DNA of 57,613 bases. Source: an uncultured Veillonella sp. (lineage in GTDB: Bacteria > Bacillota > Negativicutes > Veillonellales > Veillonellaceae). The position numbers and the translations under genes are program-made. Below, piece after piece: positions 52,829 through 57,613 of this stretch (the first letter of the stretch is position 1; each line of letters opens with the position of its first letter). Location: NCBI RefSeq assembly GCF_900545205.1, contig NZ_UQYC01000001.1, positions 1 to 57,613 of the forward strand, given 5' to 3'. The notes beneath the pieces are model-generated. The model was not told where the DNA came from. It searched no databases and saw only the letters and a program-made list of their open reading frames with translations.

Positions 52829-55800
52829 ATGAAAGTACGTTATCGTGTTGTACCAAAACAGAATAAGAAATCATCCTTCTATGTAAACTGTCATAGCCAA
52901 CATGTGACGATTCAAGCAGCAGATTCGGCCTTTTCTACATTACTTAGTTTGCGTGAAAGATTGTCTGCATGGTATAAGGAAAAAAATATCTCTTTTGATG
53001 ATATTCCAACTAATACAGATACAGCTTGTTGCTTCGCCTGGAAGGTAGATACTGAAACTGGGGAAGGTTTAGATACCTATTATTATGGTGGCGGCTGCGG
53101 CGCTGGTGAATGGATTGAAGCTGCTGAGGCGCAACGTGAGGCTGAAGAAGCTAAAAATCAAGCCCCTAGAGGCAAGTCTTTTGCAGGTTATGATCAACAA
53201 GATGAATATGATGATGTTGACGAAGATGATTTTGCTCCATTCGTAGAGGCTGTTGAGTTAGGTTATTTCAACAATAGTCCAGTTGTTGTATCTCGTTCTA
53301 ATCAAACGGCTGCCGCATCTAGCAATAGTGATACTGTCGCAGCTGTGAGCAGTACACCTAAAACAAGTAAAGGTTTTGCACATAAAAGTACTACAAAATC
53401 TACTGCTAAAGGTAGTGAAGGAGATAGTAAATACCCTCGTCGTGCCCCAAAGGATGCTCCTACTGATGAAGGCATGATTTTAGGACCTAAAATTGAGGGA
53501 GTTACCTCTAAAATTATGGGTACTTTAGATACGCCTAGTGTTATTTTTGAAGGTGTATTTGTTGGTCTAGATAAACGTGATACTAAGACTGGTAAAAGTA
53601 TCGTTAACGGCAGCATCGTAGACGATACGAATAGTATCAAATTCATCAAGTTTACGAACAGCCCTGAAGAAGGGGATGCGTTACTTAAACAGTTAAAAGG
53701 TTTGCAACGTGTACGCGTACAAGGTAGCGTCAGCTTTGATGATCGATTTGATAAGGATTATATCTTATCTATTCGAAGCATTGAAGCTATGGAGACTACT
53801 AGTGTAGAACGTACTGAAAACCGTCCAGACTCCCGTGTAGAGCTTCACTTACATACTAAGATGAGTGATAAGGATGCCCTTATATCTGTTAAAGACCTAT
53901 TTAAAACAGTAAAAAAATGGGGCCATCCTGCGGTAGCTATTACAGATCACGGCGTTGTACAAGCCTTTCCAGAAGCTCAAGCTCTTGGTAAAGAGTTGGG
54001 CGTTAAGGTTATCTACGGTGTAGAAGGCTATCTCATTGATGATGAAATTGTTGCTCGTGATGAAGAGCCTGTAGTAGATAAGAAGAAGAAAAAAGAAAAA
54101 GATAAACGTTACCATATTATCTTATTAGCTAAAAATATGGTAGGTTTGCGCAATCTGTACAAGATGATATCTATTTCTCACCTTGAACACTATAAGGTAC
54201 GTCCTCGTTTGCCTCGTTCTGTTATTGAAGAACATCGTGAAGGCATTATTATCGGTTCTGCTTGTGAAGCTGGTGAACTTATGCAATCCATTGTTCGCGG
54301 CGCTACAAAGGAAGAACTATTAGGGATTGCATCTTTCTATGACTATCTTGAAATTCAGCCACATACAAATAATATGTTCTTGGTTCGTAAAGGACTTATG
54401 CCAGATGAGCAAGCCCTTATCGATATGAACAAAACGGTTATTGAATTAGGGGATGCATTAAATAAGCCTGTTTGTGCAACGTGTGACGTTCACTATTTAA
54501 CACCAGAAGAAAAGATTTACCGTGAAATCATGTTGACTGCCTGTGGTTATCCAGATGCAGATGAACAACCAGATTTACATTTACGTACCACCGATGAAAT
54601 GTTGGCATCCTTCCCTTACTTAAGTGAAGAAAAGGCCTATGAAGTAGTTGTTACTAATACTCGTGCAATTAATGATAGCATTGAAGATATTAAACCAGTT
54701 CCAGATGGCACATATTCACCAAAGATCGAAGGTGCTGATGAAGCTTTCACAGAAATGTGTTATAGAAATGCGAAAGCCATTTATGGTGATCCATTGCCTC
54801 GCGTAGTACAAGAGCGACTTGATTATGAACTAGATTGTATTATCTCCAATGGTTACGGTGTATTGTATTACATCGCGCATAAGCTAGTAAAAAAATCACT
54901 TGATGATGGTTATCTTGTAGGTTCCCGTGGTTCTGTAGGTTCTTCCTTTGCAGCAACCATGTCTGAAATTACAGAGGTGAATCCATTACCGCCGCATTAT
55001 GTATGTCCTAACTGTAAATATTCAGAATTCTTTGAAAAGGGCGAATACGCAGGTGGCTTTGACTTACCACGTAAAGATTGTCCTGAATGCGGTCAAGCTT
55101 TACAAACAAATGGCCATGATATTCCGTTTGCCATCTTCCTTGGTTTCGAAGGTGATAAGGTTCCAGATATTGACCTTAACTTCTCCGGTGATTACCAAGC
55201 AAAGGCTCACAAATATACGGAAGAACTATTTGGACGTGACAATGTATTTAAAGCGGGTACCATCGGTACAATAGCTGATAAAACTGCCTTTGGTTATGTT
55301 AAAAAGTATGCAGAAATTCGAGATATACAAGCTCGTAGTGGTTTCTTTGAACATTTAGCAAAAGGCTTTACAAACGTAAAGAATACAACAGGCCAGCATC
55401 CTGGCGGTATCATGGTATGTCCTCGCGATATGGATGTGCATCACTTTACACCTATACAACATCCAGCGAATAAGAAGGAAAGTGGTGTATTAACAACACA
55501 CTTTGACTATCACTCTATCGAAGGCCGTATGACTAAGCTTGATATCTTGGGGCATGATGATCCGACTATCATTCGTATGCTAGAGGATTTGACCGGTATA
55601 GATGCTAAGACAATCCCATTTGATGATCCAAAGACATTGAGCTTATTCTCTTCGACAGAGGGGATTGGCTTAACACCTGAGCAATTACAAGGTGACCAGG
55701 TAGCAAGTTTAGCAGTGCCAGAATGTGGTACGAAATTTGTACGGGGCATGCTTGAAGACTCTCGTCCTCAAACATTCTCTGACTTGGTTCGTATCTCTGG

Positions 55801-56620
55801 TTTCTCTCATGGTACTAACGTATGGCTCGATAATGCACAAGACCTCATTAAAAATGGTACTTGTAAATTGAACGAAGCCATTTCTACCCGTGACGACGTA
55901 ATGAACTTCTTGATTCATCGCGGTATGGATCGAAAGCATAGTTTCTTCGTAATGGAAAACGTACGTAAAGGGAAGGGCATAGAAAAACGGAATAAACAAG
56001 GTCAAGCTACGACGGAATTTGAAGCTGAAATGCGGGAAAATAATATTCCAGAATGGTTCATTGAATCTTGTAAAAAGATTTCCTATCTATTCCCACGGGC
56101 CCATGCGGTAGCTTATGTAATGATGGCATTCCGTATAGCCTGGTTTAAGGTATACCATCCATTGGCATTCTATGCTGCCTACTTCTCCATTCGTGCCAAG
56201 GCCTTTGATTTGCGCATTATGACGGGAGACCTTAAAACGCAAATGACTGAGTTCAATCGTATTAAAGCTCTTGATCGTGGTGCCAGTCCTAAAGATAAGG
56301 ACCTTATGAGTGCCTTAGAAGTATCTATGGAAATGTACCAACGGGGTTATCGTTTTGTTAATGTAGATATTCAACACTCTGAAGCAAGACGTTTTAGCAT
56401 TAAAGATGGTGCTTTATTGCCGCCATTCTTGGCTATTGACTCTTTAGGTGAAACAGTAGCAGATGCTATCGTAGCTGAACGAGAAGAACGTCCGTTTACA
56501 TCTTTAAAAGACTTGCAACGTCGTTGTAAAGTATCTAACACCATCATTGATCTTATGAAAGAACTCAAATGCTGTGGTGAACTACCTGAAGACGAACAAA
56601 TGTCACTCTTTGGAGCATAA
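52829..56620 (+). CDS. polC: DNA polymerase III PolC-type, exonuclease domain absent
   Basis: OB fold, PHP (RVELHLHTKMS, AITDHG, GSACEAGE, TCDVH), VGSRGSVGSS, C4 Zn finger, PDIDLNFSG, TTGQHPGG, KLDILGHDDPT, C-terminal QMSLF clamp motif. Confidence 0.96.
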   Translation: MKVRYRVVPKQNKKSSFYVNCHSQHVTIQAADSAFSTLLSLRERLSAWYKEKNISFDDIPTNTDTACCFAWKVDTETGEGLDTYYYGGGCGAGEWIEAAEAQREAEEAKNQAPRGKSFAGYDQQDEYDDVDEDDFAPFVEAVELGYFNNSPVVVSRSNQTAAASSNSDTVAAVSSTPKTSKGFAHKSTTKSTAKGSEGDSKYPRRAPKDAPTDEGMILGPKIEGVTSKIMGTLDTPSVIFEGVFVGLDKRDTKTGKSIVNGSIVDDTNSIKFIKFTNSPEEGDALLKQLKGLQRVRVQGSVSFDDRFDKDYILSIRSIEAMETTSVERTENRPDSRVELHLHTKMSDKDALISVKDLFKTVKKWGHPAVAITDHGVVQAFPEAQALGKELGVKVIYGVEGYLIDDEIVARDEEPVVDKKKKKEKDKRYHIILLAKNMVGLRNLYKMISISHLEHYKVRPRLPRSVIEEHREGIIIGSACEAGELMQSIVRGATKEELLGIASFYDYLEIQPHTNNMFLVRKGLMPDEQALIDMNKTVIELGDALNKPVCATCDVHYLTPEEKIYREIMLTACGYPDADEQPDLHLRTTDEMLASFPYLSEEKAYEVVVTNTRAINDSIEDIKPVPDGTYSPKIEGADEAFTEMCYRNAKAIYGDPLPRVVQERLDYELDCIISNGYGVLYYIAHKLVKKSLDDGYLVGSRGSVGSSFAATMSEITEVNPLPPHYVCPNCKYSEFFEKGEYAGGFDLPRKDCPECGQALQTNGHDIPFAIFLGFEGDKVPDIDLNFSGDYQAKAHKYTEELFGRDNVFKAGTIGTIADKTAFGYVKKYAEIRDIQARSGFFEHLAKGFTNVKNTTGQHPGGIMVCPRDMDVHHFTPIQHPANKKESGVLTTHFDYHSIEGRMTKLDILGHDDPTIIRMLEDLTGIDAKTIPFDDPKTLSLFSSTEGIGLTPEQLQGDQVASLAVPECGTKFVRGMLEDSRPQTFSDLVRISGFSHGTNVWLDNAQDLIKNGTCKLNEAISTRDDVMNFLIHRGMDRKHSFFVMENVRKGKGIEKRNKQGQATTEFEAEMRENNIPEWFIESCKKISYLFPRAHAVAYVMMAFRIAWFKVYHPLAFYAAYFSIRAKAFDLRIMTGDLKTQMTEFNRIKALDRGASPKDKDLMSALEVSMEMYQRGYRFVNVDIQHSEARRFSIKDGALLPPFLAIDSLGETVADAIVAEREERPFTSLKDLQRRCKVSNTIIDLMKELKCCGELPEDEQMSLFGA

Positions 56621-56646
56621 TAAAATATAAGTTAAAACTTAAATAC

Positions 56647-56691
56647 AAAATAAGCACTATATACCCAAAAGGTGATATAGTGCTTATTTTT
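56647..56691 (+). terminator. intrinsic terminator after polC
   Basis: AAAATAAGCACTATAT...ATATAGTGCTTATTTT. Confidence 0.85.
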
Positions 56692-56799
56692 ATATATTTT
56701 GCTAAAATAAAGTTACAATTTAAAAATAAATGATTTATATGTGTTGCTGTGTTTAATTAATAATATTATTGCTTGTCAAAAAGACAGTAAGAGGATAAC

Positions 56800-57180
56800 A
56801 TGATTTTTCTTTTTATAACATTAATGACTGTTATTACAATAGTATTTCTAGTTAAATCAAAAGAAATATATTTTGTATCTGTTTCCTTTAAAAGAAATAA
56901 ATCCTTTCTATTTATACAAATCTTTCAAATATTAGTAATTTATTTAGGTTTAATTTTTGCTGATTATAGTAATAAGATATTTTCTATTGTTTTATTCTTA
57001 GTATCTATATCTGAAATGATTAAATTGGTTTATTTGAAGAAAATTGTAAATCAAGTGATTAATAAAGAAACGAATTTGCCTTATAAATTAACTGATGTTA
57101 TTAGTCGATTTAGTATATATAGTAGAATCATTTTTTTGATAGTACTTAACATTATAGGAAGTTTGTTTGTCTTTAAATAG
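56800..57180 (+). CDS. small ~4-TM membrane protein, very AT-rich
   Basis: AGAGGA RBS; hydrophobic segments. Confidence 0.7.
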   Translation: MIFLFITLMTVITIVFLVKSKEIYFVSVSFKRNKSFLFIQIFQILVIYLGLIFADYSNKIFSIVLFLVSISEMIKLVYLKKIVNQVINKETNLPYKLTDVISRFSIYSRIIFLIVLNIIGSLFVFK

Positions 57181-57208
57181 AGTGCTCTAATAAAGGGAGT
57201 GTTATGTA

Positions 57209-57520
57209 ATGATAAGTGGATTATTGAAGTTTCTAGGAATTAAGTCATCGGATAGCAATATTTCTAAAGAACCTAAAATAAAATTAGAAGATAATAGATG
57301 TGAATCGAATATTGCTAAGGAGCATCAAAATCAACCTATAGAGATTGAATTTTGGGATATTGAGCCCGAGGATGTGCCTGAGTTAGAAGAATCCGATATT
57401 CCAGGTGTATATTTTAACGAATTCCGAGAATATGTTGATGAAGAGGGGAATAGACTATCTCCATCAGATCTAGATGCAATACGGTATAAAGACGATTACG
57501 AGGACGATTATTATAGATAA
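57209..57520 (+). CDS. small acidic hypothetical protein
   Basis: AGGGAG RBS; D/E/Y-rich C-terminal half. Confidence 0.75.
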   Translation: MISGLLKFLGIKSSDSNISKEPKIKLEDNRCESNIAKEHQNQPIEIEFWDIEPEDVPELEESDIPGVYFNEFREYVDEEGNRLSPSDLDAIRYKDDYEDDYYR

Positions 57521-57553
57521 AAGAGGAGTCATCAAATGATGACTCCTCTTTTT
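57520..57553. terminator. bidirectional intrinsic terminator
   Basis: AAAAGAGGAGTCATC-AAAT-GATGACTCCTCTTTT. Confidence 0.88.
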
Positions 57554-57613
57554 GAAAGTGGGTTATAGGACAAAACGTGTTGGTTTTGTAGGCGATGGAG
57601 CCAGTAAATTACT

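Noticed and set aside
26477..57180. Paralogy between 26477-26806 and 56800-57180
   Set aside because: Similarity is limited to hydrophobic composition and a vague F.D..NK.F; not convincing without a profile search.
57563..57613. 3' end of a minus-strand gene (..SNLLAPSPTKPTRFVL*)
   Set aside because: Plausible given the bidirectional terminator, but only 16 codons are visible and no family can be assigned.

Overview
Low-GC chromosomal window from a Firmicute, most likely Negativicutes (Veillonella-like). This assignment is inferred from Firmicute gene order combined with a lipoprotein-type RND adaptor. Almost all genes lie on the + strand. The window opens with the 3' end of tmRNA, then a peptidase E gene, an RND efflux pair, ppaC and pcrA-ligA-gatCAB. 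Next come two radical-SAM genes with phoH-ybeY-era-corC-recO, and a ~6 kb accessory insert holding an orphan gene, a DUF3100 transporter/amidohydrolase operon and an AT-rich array of small membrane-protein genes. After that are a Gly T-box with glyQS, a MarR gene, rplS-rbgA-rnhB, yraN-comM-dprA-topA-trmFO, lgt, a GH18 protein, leuS, a dCMP deaminase, an M29 aminopeptidase, comEA-comEC-holA-polC and two orphan genes. No CRISPR, tRNA/rRNA, integrase or transposase was seen. Most notable: (1) the 25.6-28.3 kb array of seven small membrane-protein genes, which contains two hidden paralog pairs, two genes missed by the ORF track and early in-frame stops, and is a candidate orphan immunity array; (2) a PolC with the proofreading exonuclease domain cleanly missing and an atypical N-terminus; (3) competence genes with a degenerate ComEC nuclease domain and candidate shared regulatory signals.
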